A DNA stretch of 12,873 bases from Candidatus Eiseniibacteriota bacterium (GCA_041946735.1 JBHGAY010000054.1:1-12873); one strand, 5' to 3'; counted from the first letter of the stretch, positions 5,144-12,799 are shown. Made by a program: numbers and translations. Notes: a model not told the origin generated them from the letters alone.

Positions 5144-5439
5144 TCCAGGTCGTCGTGACCGTACCGGAGGGCTTCCTCCGGATCGACCAGGTCGCGAAGC
5201 GCTGCGGGCTGGGGGAGACGCGGATCCGCGAGATGGTCGCGACTGGAGAATTCCCAGTTCCACGCCAAATTTCGCGGCGCGCGATCGCCTGGTTGGAGAG
5301 CGAGCTCGTCGAGTGGATGCACTCGCGCCCGCGGGTGGCCGCGGACGCCAACGAAGAAGCCCCCGCTCCTGATCCGAGCGAGGGCCTCAACGACCCGTCT
5401 CAGGTGGTAGCTGAGGCTGGCCGCGTGGCATCAGTCTAG
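5140..5439 (+). CDS. alpA: AlpA-family regulator/excisionase
   Basis: FLRIDQVAKRCGLGETRIREMVATGEFPVPRQISRRAIAWLESELVEW fits the AlpA consensus; SD AGGAGG; AlpA proteins typically partner P4-type integrases. Confidence 0.92.
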   Translation: MIQVVVTVPEGFLRIDQVAKRCGLGETRIREMVATGEFPVPRQISRRAIAWLESELVEWMHSRPRVAADANEEAPAPDPSEGLNDPSQVVAEAGRVASV

Positions 5440-5478
5440 GCCCCCTGGCGCTCCACCGCCAGAGGCGAGGTGCCCATC

Positions 5479-5682
5479 ATGGCCCTACGTCCCGCGCTCG
5501 TCGAGGAGCAGCGTCGACTCTCCTCGGTCCTGCACACCCTGTCCTGGGCTGCACGCCTGTCGTGTTTGCCCGACACCCGCAGGGAGCTCCGCGCTGCGTG
5601 CGCGCGAGTCCGGCGGACGATGCGAGTCAACGCCACCGTGATCGCCGCGCCCTACCGGCCGACGTCGTGGGACCGAGTCTGA
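5479..5682 (+). CDS. Hypothetical protein (67 aa)
   Basis: SD GAGGT 7 nt before ATG 5479; TGATG overlap with the next gene. Confidence 0.6.
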   Translation: MALRPALVEEQRRLSSVLHTLSWAARLSCLPDTRRELRAACARVRRTMRVNATVIAAPYRPTSWDRV

Positions 5683-5930
5683 TGCCCCCGGCCGACGACA
5701 CCTCCGGGCACGGCATCCTGCGCAACTGCGCCGTCTGCGTGCACTGGGATCGCTGCCGCGCGCGCGAGGCTTCGGTCTACGCGCTCTCCGCGAGCTTCCC
5801 GCGCCTGACGAGCTCGCACGCCGTCCTGCCCCGGCACCACCTGTACCGCGCGCTCGCGGGAGTCTGCGACGCGTACGAGACGAGCGCCCGACCCGACCCG
5901 CGGGCGGAGCTCCGCGAGGTGCCGGCGTGA
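5682..5930 (+). CDS. Small Cys-containing protein (82 aa), possible metal binding
   Basis: Coupled start at 5682; CAVCVHWDRC...CDAYE gives four Cys; GTGA overlap downstream. Confidence 0.65.
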   Translation: MPPADDTSGHGILRNCAVCVHWDRCRAREASVYALSASFPRLTSSHAVLPRHHLYRALAGVCDAYETSARPDPRAELREVPA

Positions 5931-6028
5931 GCCCCTCGGCCTGGCTTCCCCTGCAGCTCGCGATCGAGCTCGTGATTCTGGCCGCCACCGTGCGCCACCT
6001 GTGGCGCTGGAGAGGAGAGATCCTGTGA
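5927..6028 (+). CDS. Small single-TM protein (33 aa)
   Basis: Not in ORF track. MSPSAWLPLQLAIELVILAATVRHLWRWRGEIL; SD GAGGT; GTGA overlaps at both ends fill the gap exactly. Confidence 0.65.
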   Translation: MSPSAWLPLQLAIELVILAATVRHLWRWRGEIL

Positions 6029-6969
6029 CACCCGAGACCATGTCGATCGAAGTCGACGAGGCGAAGGAGCGATGGCTCCAACGGCGCCGCACCGGCATCG
6101 GGGGATCCGACGCCCCCGTCGTCATGGGCCTGAGCCCCTACAAGGGACCGCTGCAGCTCTACTGCGAGAAGCTCGGGATCGGAGAGCTGCCGAACGTCGA
6201 GTCCGAGGCTGCCGAGTGGGGGATCCTCCTCGAGGAGCCCGTCGCCGCGAAGTACGCGCGTGCGACCGGCCGGAAGCTGCTCTATCCCGGTCCCTACACG
6301 ATCCAGCGCAGCGAGGCGTACCCGTTCGCGATCTGCACCCTGGACCGCGTGATCGTGGCCGATCCGCCCGAGAATCCGGACCGCGAGCTGTGGAAGGAGA
6401 TGGTCTTCAACCACGATCGCGGCGTCCTGCAGATCAAGACCACGGGCGCGACGCACGAGGACGACTGGGTCGACGGCCCGCCGCCGCACGTCTACTGCCA
6501 GGTCCAGCATGAGATGGCCGTCACCGGCTACCAGTGGGCCTCGGTCGCGGTGCTGATCGGAGGCCAGAAGTTCCGGTGGTGCGACGTTGCCCGCGACGAG
6601 GCCTACATCGCGCAGCTCATGGAGGCCGAAGCCGCCTTCTGGCGGCGAGTCGAGACTGAGGACCCGCCCGAGCCCGGACCGCGCGACGGCCGCACGCTCG
6701 CCGCTCTCTATCCGACCGACTCCGGCGCGGTGATCGAGCTGCCGCCCGAAGCGCTTCAGTGGGACGTCGCACTCGAATCAGCGAAGGCCCGCGAGAAGGA
6801 TGCGCGGTACGAGCGCGAGACGCTCGAGGCCAGGCTCAAGGCCGCCCTGAAGGACGCCTCCATCGGCGTTCTTCCCAACGGAGTGAAGTACACCCTGAAG
6901 TCCCAGACCCGAGCCGCATACGTCTGCCCGGAGAGCACGTTCCGAGTGCTGCGCCGGTCGACGAAGTAG
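6025..6969 (+). CDS. yqaJ: YqaJ-family (lambda exonuclease-like) viral recombination nuclease
   Basis: WLQRRRTGIGGSD, SPYK, WGILLEEPVA, TLDR, LQIKT, QVQHEMAVTG, VAVLIGGQ; SD AGAGGAG before GTG 6025; directly upstream of recT. Confidence 0.93.
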   Translation: MTPETMSIEVDEAKERWLQRRRTGIGGSDAPVVMGLSPYKGPLQLYCEKLGIGELPNVESEAAEWGILLEEPVAAKYARATGRKLLYPGPYTIQRSEAYPFAICTLDRVIVADPPENPDRELWKEMVFNHDRGVLQIKTTGATHEDDWVDGPPPHVYCQVQHEMAVTGYQWASVAVLIGGQKFRWCDVARDEAYIAQLMEAEAAFWRRVETEDPPEPGPRDGRTLAALYPTDSGAVIELPPEALQWDVALESAKAREKDARYERETLEARLKAALKDASIGVLPNGVKYTLKSQTRAAYVCPESTFRVLRRSTK

Positions 6970-6984
6970 AGGAGGCCCCCGACA

Positions 6985-7998
6985 ATGGCACAGCAGAACA
7001 CGGGACAGATCGTCACGAGCGAGCAGAAGTACAACTCGCTGCGCGGTCTGCTCGAGAAGAACAAGGCCCAGATCGCGATGGCCTTGCCGAAGCATCTGCA
7101 CGCGGATCGGATGCTGCGGATCGTCCTCACGAGCGTCCGCAAGAATCCGAAGCTCCTGACCTGCGATCAGGAGAGCTTCATGGCTGCGGTCATGACGGCA
7201 TCGCAATTGGGAGTCGAGCCGGACGGCGTGACCGGGCGTGCCTGGCTCTTGCCGTACTGGAACGGGAAGCTCCAGCGCAACGAGGTGCAGCTCCGCGTCG
7301 GGTATCAGGGCCTCATGGATCTCGCGCGGAACAGCCGGGAGATCGGTGGATGGTTCGTCGGCGCGGTTCGCGAGAAGGACACCTTCGACTACCAGTACGG
7401 CTCCGAGCAGTTCCTGAGGCACCGGCCGTACGACGGCCCGGGAGACGCGGGCGACCTGAAGTTTGCCTACGCCGGAGCGCGCCTGAAGGACGGCTCGGTG
7501 CAGTTCCGCGTCCTGAATCGGGTACAGATCCAGCGCGCGAAGGACGCATCCTCGTCTCGCGATCGCGACGGGAAGCTCGTCGGACCCTGGATCACCGACG
7601 AAGAGGAGATGTGGATCAAGACCGCGATTCGTCGTGTCGTCAAGATCCTGCCGGCATCGCCAGAGATGCGCGCGGCTGCGGCGATCGACGAGCTCGCCGA
7701 ACGCGGGATGCCGCAGAACCTCACGGCAGACATGGCGGATCTCCCGCCAGCCGCGCCTGACGAGGACATCGAAGACGCTCCGTTCGAGGAGCAGCAGCAG
7801 ACCACGGGGGAGGCGCCGCGTCAGGAGGCCCGTTCGGCCGATGGGGACCCGGCCCGGACGGAGACCGCGTCGGCGCCTCCTCCCACTCGTGCGCAGCAGG
7901 CCGTCCGCCGTCCGGCGCCGACGGCGCAGCAGCAGCGTCCGACCCCTCGCCCCGGCGGTAACGGCGGCCGCGTCACGGCCCCGACCGTCGATCTGTAG
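6985..7998 (+). CDS. recT: RecT single-strand annealing protein
   Basis: ALPKHL.ADRMLRI.LT.VRKNPKL..C...SF..AVM.ASQLG.EP, AWLLPY, GYQGL.DLAR.S, GPW..D.EEM..KT.IRR..K.LP.S.E; SD GAGGAGG. Confidence 0.96.
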   Translation: MAQQNTGQIVTSEQKYNSLRGLLEKNKAQIAMALPKHLHADRMLRIVLTSVRKNPKLLTCDQESFMAAVMTASQLGVEPDGVTGRAWLLPYWNGKLQRNEVQLRVGYQGLMDLARNSREIGGWFVGAVREKDTFDYQYGSEQFLRHRPYDGPGDAGDLKFAYAGARLKDGSVQFRVLNRVQIQRAKDASSSRDRDGKLVGPWITDEEEMWIKTAIRRVVKILPASPEMRAAAAIDELAERGMPQNLTADMADLPPAAPDEDIEDAPFEEQQQTTGEAPRQEARSADGDPARTETASAPPPTRAQQAVRRPAPTAQQQRPTPRPGGNGGRVTAPTVDL

Positions 7999-8008
7999 GG
8001 GGCGCGCG

Positions 8009-8311
8009 ATGAAATGGACGACGGCACAGCCGACAGAGCCCGGCATGTACTGGGGGGGCTGGTTCGACGAGTACGAATCGAGGCGGATTGGACCGCACCT
8101 CTTCGTCTTCCGCACCGACCCCGATTCCTTCATCCGGTGCGTCTACAAAACCGCGGACAGAACGGTGAGGGCAGTCCATGTCTGGTCGCAGATTAGCGAG
8201 CCGAAGATCCCTGGGCGAGTGGATGTCGCCAGCATTGACGAAGCGATTCCCCTCTTCCTCGACGCAATGGAGCGGGACGGCGCGCCGGTTCGGGAAGGCG
8301 GTGCCGCGTGA
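8009..8311 (+). CDS. Hypothetical phage protein (100 aa)
   Basis: ATG 8009 after AGGGGG; begins MKWTTAQPTEPGMYW, a W...P..PG.YW motif I recall from small phage proteins; GTGA overlap with the next gene. Confidence 0.75.
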   Translation: MKWTTAQPTEPGMYWGGWFDEYESRRIGPHLFVFRTDPDSFIRCVYKTADRTVRAVHVWSQISEPKIPGRVDVASIDEAIPLFLDAMERDGAPVREGGAA

Positions 8312-10389
8312 ACCCCGCGCACCTCTCGATCCGCAACTTCCTCGGGATCACCGAGGCCGACTACGACCTCTCGCAGCCGATCACGCTGCTCAGCGGCCAC
8401 AACGGCGCGGGCAAGTCGAGCACGCTCGATGCCATCAAGTTCGCCCTGACCGGCCGCTGCCGTGGCACCGACGCCGGAGGCAAGGGCGCGGAGAATCTGA
8501 TCCGGATCGGCACCGACGAGGCAAGTGTCGACTTTTCGTGGACCACTCCCGAGGGGAGCTGGCAGCTCGTCCGCACGATCGCGCGCGGGCGCGGCGTCAG
8601 CGTGGCCCTCGTCGAGCCCGGGGGCACGACCCTCTCGGGCGTCGCACCTGTCCGGGCGCGTCTGGAGTCTCTGATCGGAAACGCCGATCTCTGCGAGGCC
8701 ACTCTTGATGCGCCCTCCTTCTTCGCTCTCTCCCGGGACAAGCAGGCGAAGGTTCTCGCCACAGTCGTGGGGAGCGAGTACACGGTCCTCGCCTGCGAGG
8801 AGGAAGCCCGCGCTCTCGGTCTCTCGGATCCGGCGGTCGACTCGGTCTCTCGGGTACTGACCAAGCTGACCGCCGGCCGGGAGACGTTCGGGGGAGAGGT
8901 CCTCGAGGCCGCGTATCAGCGGGCCTACACCAAGCGGACCGAGGAGAAGAAGACGCTCAAGGACCTCGAAGCGGAGCTGAAGCAGAAGCCCCGCGTCGGG
9001 AAGGTCCCGACCGACGAGGAGATCAACGCCTCGGCCGACCTGCTGTGCCAGACCGAGGACGAGACCGGGCGCGTGCGCGAGAAGATCGGCGCGCTCCGGG
9101 CTCGCGTCGAGCAGCGGCAGCAGATCGAGGATCAGATCGCGGAGGCAGAGAAGCAGCTCGCCGCGATCGAACCGACCGAGCAGCAGCAGGCAGATTCGGA
9201 CCTCGTCCTCGCGCTCAACGACGCGGAGTGCGGCCCTTCGCTCGAGGAGTTGCAGGACGAGGTCCTGTCTCTCGAGGACGCGTGCGGTTCGGCGACCGCC
9301 TCGCTGGCAGAGCGTGAGCAGGCGAGGAAGGAGCTCAAGGACCTCACCGACCGTGAGGACCAGGAAATCGTCGCGATCGAGAGCGGCGCGATCGTTTGCC
9401 CTTCGATCCACGCGCCGGCAGAATGCCCCCTGTCGGCCGCGCGGAAGACGGAGCGGACGGCGCTCCTGCCCGGGCTAAAGAAGCAGGCTTTCGCGGATAA
9501 GCAGAAGCTCGTGAAGGCGTGCACCGCTCGGGACAAGGCGCGCAAGGATCTCGATGCGCTGGAGAGTGGACTCGCCGCCGCACGGCTGCGGCTCAAGGAC
9601 GCGCAGCGCAAGCAGGCGGAGATCGCGGAGCGCCAAGCGCAAGCCGCTCGATCCGAGGGGGAGGACGCCGGCCGGCGGGAGGCGATCGAGCAGCAGCTCG
9701 CCGATCTCCGCGGTCGGCTCTCCTCTCTCGGAGATCCGCAGGCCGATCTCTCGGCAGCGGAGCAGCGGCTCTTCGGGCTCCAGCGTGACGTCACCGAGGC
9801 TCGCCGCGTGGGGGAGGACCTGGCCTCTCAGCAGCGGTTGGCCGACGAGCGCACGACGCTGGAGGTCCGCCTCGAGCAGCAGCGTGCGACGGTCACGGTC
9901 CTGGAGGAGATCGTCCCGGCGCTCGGGCCGAAGGGCATCCCCGCGCGGCTGATCCAGCGCGCGGCCGAGCCGCTGATGCGCCACGCCAACCTTGTACTCG
10001 ACGACCTCACCGACAACGGCTACGCGCTCTCGGTCACCGCGGGAGACGCGGGGCTCGAGCTGGAGATCTGGAAAGCCGGCAACGAGGAGGCGCTGCCGAT
10101 CGAGATGCTCTCGACGTCGGAGCGGCTGCGGATCGGGGTCGCCCTGGGGGCGGCACTCTGTGGCCGGACGCTGCTCGGGGTGCTCGTGGTCGACAACGTG
10201 GACATTCTGGACGCGGACAACAAGCAGCTGCTGGGCCAGGTGGTCCGCGATCTCGGCAACGTCCAGTCGGTGATCTCGATCTCGACGCGCGAGAAGCCCG
10301 CGTGGCCAGCGGAGGGGATCGCCTCTTACTGGATCGAGGGCGGAGTCGCGCGGGCGGTCGAGTTTCTGGGAGAGGAGGTGACGGCGTGA
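8308..10389 (+). CDS. Rad50/SbcC-like coiled-coil ABC ATPase with degenerate motifs (693 aa)
   Basis: LSIRNFLGI, Walker A GHNGAGKSS, long coiled coils, central CPSIHAPAECP, signature LSTSE, Walker B/D-loop VLVVDNVDILD. Confidence 0.9.
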   Translation: MNPAHLSIRNFLGITEADYDLSQPITLLSGHNGAGKSSTLDAIKFALTGRCRGTDAGGKGAENLIRIGTDEASVDFSWTTPEGSWQLVRTIARGRGVSVALVEPGGTTLSGVAPVRARLESLIGNADLCEATLDAPSFFALSRDKQAKVLATVVGSEYTVLACEEEARALGLSDPAVDSVSRVLTKLTAGRETFGGEVLEAAYQRAYTKRTEEKKTLKDLEAELKQKPRVGKVPTDEEINASADLLCQTEDETGRVREKIGALRARVEQRQQIEDQIAEAEKQLAAIEPTEQQQADSDLVLALNDAECGPSLEELQDEVLSLEDACGSATASLAEREQARKELKDLTDREDQEIVAIESGAIVCPSIHAPAECPLSAARKTERTALLPGLKKQAFADKQKLVKACTARDKARKDLDALESGLAAARLRLKDAQRKQAEIAERQAQAARSEGEDAGRREAIEQQLADLRGRLSSLGDPQADLSAAEQRLFGLQRDVTEARRVGEDLASQQRLADERTTLEVRLEQQRATVTVLEEIVPALGPKGIPARLIQRAAEPLMRHANLVLDDLTDNGYALSVTAGDAGLELEIWKAGNEEALPIEMLSTSERLRIGVALGAALCGRTLLGVLVVDNVDILDADNKQLLGQVVRDLGNVQSVISISTREKPAWPAEGIASYWIEGGVARAVEFLGEEVTA

Positions 10390-10610
10390 GCCCGAAGGTC
10401 GCCCGCCCGTTCAACACGGAGTGTCGCGGCTGTGGCGAGATGATCGCCATGTTTCCCTACACCGACCGCAACGGCTGCGCACGCTGGATGCCGACGAACT
10501 TCGAGGACGGGTTTCCGCCGGAGAGGGACGAGTGGGATCCGCAGACGATGACGTCGCACTTCGCGACGTGCCCGGAGGCGGAGAAGTTCCGCCGGAGTCG
10601 CGAGCAGTGA
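10386..10610 (+). CDS. Phage CxxC...HxxxC zinc-finger protein (74 aa)
   Basis: SD GAGGAGGT, GTGA overlap; CRGCGEMI...WMP...SHFATCPEAEKFR, a recurrent phage small-protein signature. Confidence 0.85.
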   Translation: MSPKVARPFNTECRGCGEMIAMFPYTDRNGCARWMPTNFEDGFPPERDEWDPQTMTSHFATCPEAEKFRRSREQ

Positions 10611-10852
10611 GCCCCTACGCGATGCGGTTACAGGGCGAGCGCCTACAGGCGCGACTCGCGCAGATGCACGACGAAGCCGAGCGCTTTCTGGCGGAGTGGC
10701 CGGTCACGGCGGACAACTTCCCGATGTTCCGGATCGTCTGGAGCGATCAAGGCCGCGTTCGGCGGATCTACTACGGGCCAGACGTCGTCCTCGAGCAGGA
10801 GGTAGAGCCCGTGATTGTGAGCACGCCCTTCGGCCCGGTTGCGCTCGCATGA
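10607..10852 (+). CDS. Hypothetical protein (81 aa)
   Basis: GTGA overlap at 10607; MSPYAMRLQGERLQARLAQMHDEAERFLAEW... Confidence 0.65.
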   Translation: MSPYAMRLQGERLQARLAQMHDEAERFLAEWPVTADNFPMFRIVWSDQGRVRRIYYGPDVVLEQEVEPVIVSTPFGPVALA

Positions 10853-10926
10853 GAGACGCAGAGGTGTTCCTTCCCCGGTCGCCGGTGTTCACCAGGAAAC
10901 CCGAAACCCGTAAAGGAGGTGCCCCG

Positions 10927-11289
10927 ATGAGACCAGGCGGCCAAAAAACGTGCAGGAGTATACGTCGCTCAATCGCGGCCGGGGGAGGCCTGTTACTCGC
11001 GCTCCTCATTCTTGCGGGCTGCTCAGACTCGGAGGATCCGCCACTCGACGCTCTGCTCGGAAAGACGACGCCACGCGGATCGCAGATCCAGCTCGCCGCA
11101 CCGCCGAAGGCGGGTGCATCGCTTCCGGCCTACCCGACTTCCGACGAGATCACGAAGCACGTGTACAAGCTGTGCAGAGTCGACGGTAAGACGAGGCGGT
11201 ATCTCCACCAGCGACAGGTGTGGAGTCGGACCACCGGGCAGATGATCGACTGGAGCGCACCCGACTCCGTCATCGTACAGAGCTTCTAG
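10927..11289 (+). CDS. Predicted lipoprotein (120 aa)
   Basis: SD AAAGGAGGT; basic n-region, h-region GGLLLALLI, lipobox LAGC (Cys32). An in-frame coupled ATG at 10849 is an alternative start. Confidence 0.75.
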   Translation: MRPGGQKTCRSIRRSIAAGGGLLLALLILAGCSDSEDPPLDALLGKTTPRGSQIQLAAPPKAGASLPAYPTSDEITKHVYKLCRVDGKTRRYLHQRQVWSRTTGQMIDWSAPDSVIVQSF

Positions 11290-11293
11290 ATCG

Positions 11294-11324
11294 GGCGGCC
11301 CGAACGCCGGGCCGCCATTCCTTT
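11294..11324 (+). terminator. Probable intrinsic terminator
   Basis: GGCGGCCCG-AACGC-CGGGCCGCC (perfect 9-bp stem) followed by ATTCCTTT. Confidence 0.6.
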
Positions 11325-11383
11325 GCCGTTTCAGAGGTTACGAAAGACTCATGACGGTGTGCGCACCGACTAGAGGAGGGCAG

Positions 11384-12415
11384 ATGCGGGAGGAAGTCGA
11401 CGTGGTCGAGCAGACCGAGGTCGCCGTCGAAGCGGCAGACGCAGATCGCGAGGAACCGCACACGGTGCGCGTAATCAAGACGCATCGCGTGATCTCGACT
11501 CCGCTCTCGGATGCGTCGCGGGCAACGCTCGCGGACAAGATGACGAAGGCGGTTCTTCGGATCCGGGGCCTCGAGGGGGAGAAGAAGAAGTACGACGCCG
11601 ACCTCAACGAGCAAATCAAAGCCGCCGAGGCGGAGCTCTCGCTCCTGGCGGACGAGAACGCGAAGAAGGAGCGCCCCGAGACGGTCGAGGTGGAGCTTCG
11701 ATACGACTACACCGATGGCAAGGTCACCGTCGTCCGCATGGACACGATGGCCGTCGTCGAGGAGCGCGCCATGACGGACGCCGAGGCGCAGTGCCCGATC
11801 CCCTTCGATCAGCAGCAGGAAGACGACTGGAAGACGGCCGAGGAGGTCGCGGCGTCGCTGCCGGTGGAGCCGATCACGATCACGATCATCAACGTGGACG
11901 CCGACGGCGGGGAGTACGAGCGGACGCTCTCCGTGGATCAGCAGCAGCAGCCGATCGGCCGCATTGCTGACGAGGTCGCTCTCGAGATGGATTACGACGA
12001 GGACGAGAGCGATCCGCCGCTGCTGCAGATTCTGCGTGATCCGGACCCGGAGCGCTGGGAGGATCTCGACCGCACGAAGACGCCCGCACAGCTGGGGATC
12101 GCGGACGGCGACCGGCTGAACCTGTACTTCGCGAGCAGCCTGCCGAAGAACCACACGACGCTGATCTGGCGGCGCGCCGACAAGCCCGACGGCGATGCGT
12201 TCATCCTCTCGTACACCAAGGAGGACGTCACCGACCAGGATCTCGACCTCCTCGCTCTGCACGCCGCGAAGCATTTCCGCCTCGGGACGAAGCAGCGCGC
12301 CGCGATGGTCGTCCGCCAGGCCGGCGGCAAGGTGGATCTCGATCGCAGCAAGTCGCTCGTCGAGATCTTTGGCGACGAGCTCGGGAGCGAGATCGAGCTG
12401 GAGATCGTGCTGTAG
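11384..12415 (+). CDS. Phage coiled-coil/beta protein fused to two tandem ubiquitin-like (beta-grasp) domains (343 aa)
   Basis: SD AGAGGAGG before ATG 11384. The N-part carries the LE.EKK...IK...R.DT..VV..R.MT..E.Q phage motif; the C-part has two 88-aa units ending DLDRTKTPAQLGIADGDRLNLYF and DLDRSKSLVEIFGDELGSEIELEIVL. Confidence 0.75.
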   Translation: MREEVDVVEQTEVAVEAADADREEPHTVRVIKTHRVISTPLSDASRATLADKMTKAVLRIRGLEGEKKKYDADLNEQIKAAEAELSLLADENAKKERPETVEVELRYDYTDGKVTVVRMDTMAVVEERAMTDAEAQCPIPFDQQQEDDWKTAEEVAASLPVEPITITIINVDADGGEYERTLSVDQQQQPIGRIADEVALEMDYDEDESDPPLLQILRDPDPERWEDLDRTKTPAQLGIADGDRLNLYFASSLPKNHTTLIWRRADKPDGDAFILSYTKEDVTDQDLDLLALHAAKHFRLGTKQRAAMVVRQAGGKVDLDRSKSLVEIFGDELGSEIELEIVL

Positions 12416-12422
12416 CACACGA

Positions 12423-12500
12423 CCGGCCGGGGCGGGCGGCTCTGACGCTCATCAACCTGCTCGCCCTGGCCGGATCGCAAACCAGGCCGCAAGGACGGCC
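12423..12500 (+). promoter_or_regulatory. Structured intergenic RNA: 17-bp stem plus small GGA-loop hairpin
   Basis: 12423-12439 pairs with 12457-12473 (14 Watson-Crick plus 3 G-U); GGCCG-CAAGGA-CGGCC 12485-12500 sits just before the SD. Confidence 0.55.
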
Positions 12501-12517
12501 AGAAGGGAACGCGAAAG

Positions 12518-12799
12518 ATGGGACCTGATATCCGGATCGTGATTCTGCAACGGGGCTGGGTGACGGTCGGCGAGTACGAGACCCTCGACGGCGCCGTTGG
12601 CGCCGATCAGCGGCGTCTCGTCAACGCGAAGGTGATCCGCCGGTGGGGCACGACAAAGGGCCTGGGCGAGCTCGTCGATGGTCCGCTGCCCAACACCATC
12701 CTCGATCCGGCCGGCGAGGTTCGATTCCACGCGCTCGGCGAGGTGGCCTCGATCGTGGTCAACGCCAAGAAGTGGCGGCCCGTGCTGTGCGGCGCGTGA
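12518..12799 (+). CDS. Small phage beta protein, DUF6948-like (93 aa)
   Basis: IRIVILQRGWVTVG...LVNAKVIRRWGTTKGLGELVDGP...T.LD is a recurrent phage family, which I recall lying upstream of Gly-X repeat ORFs. The DUF label is tentative. Confidence 0.75.
   Translation: MGPDIRIVILQRGWVTVGEYETLDGAVGADQRRLVNAKVIRRWGTTKGLGELVDGPLPNTILDPAGEVRFHALGEVASIVVNAKKWRPVLCGA

Noticed and set aside
5445..5462. Hairpin CTGGCG-CTCCAC-CGCCAG after alpA as a terminator
   Set aside because: Only 6 bp and no U-tract; too weak to call.
5485..9984. Long antisense ORFs (5485..6510, 6778..8133, 8143..9411, 9132..9794, 9475..9984)
   Set aside because: Antisense shadows of yqaJ, recT and the Rad50-like gene, with no recognisable motifs.
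11270..12418. 382-aa minus-strand ORF
   Set aside because: Codon-mirror shadow of the 11384..12415 gene, which has an SD and fits the operon.
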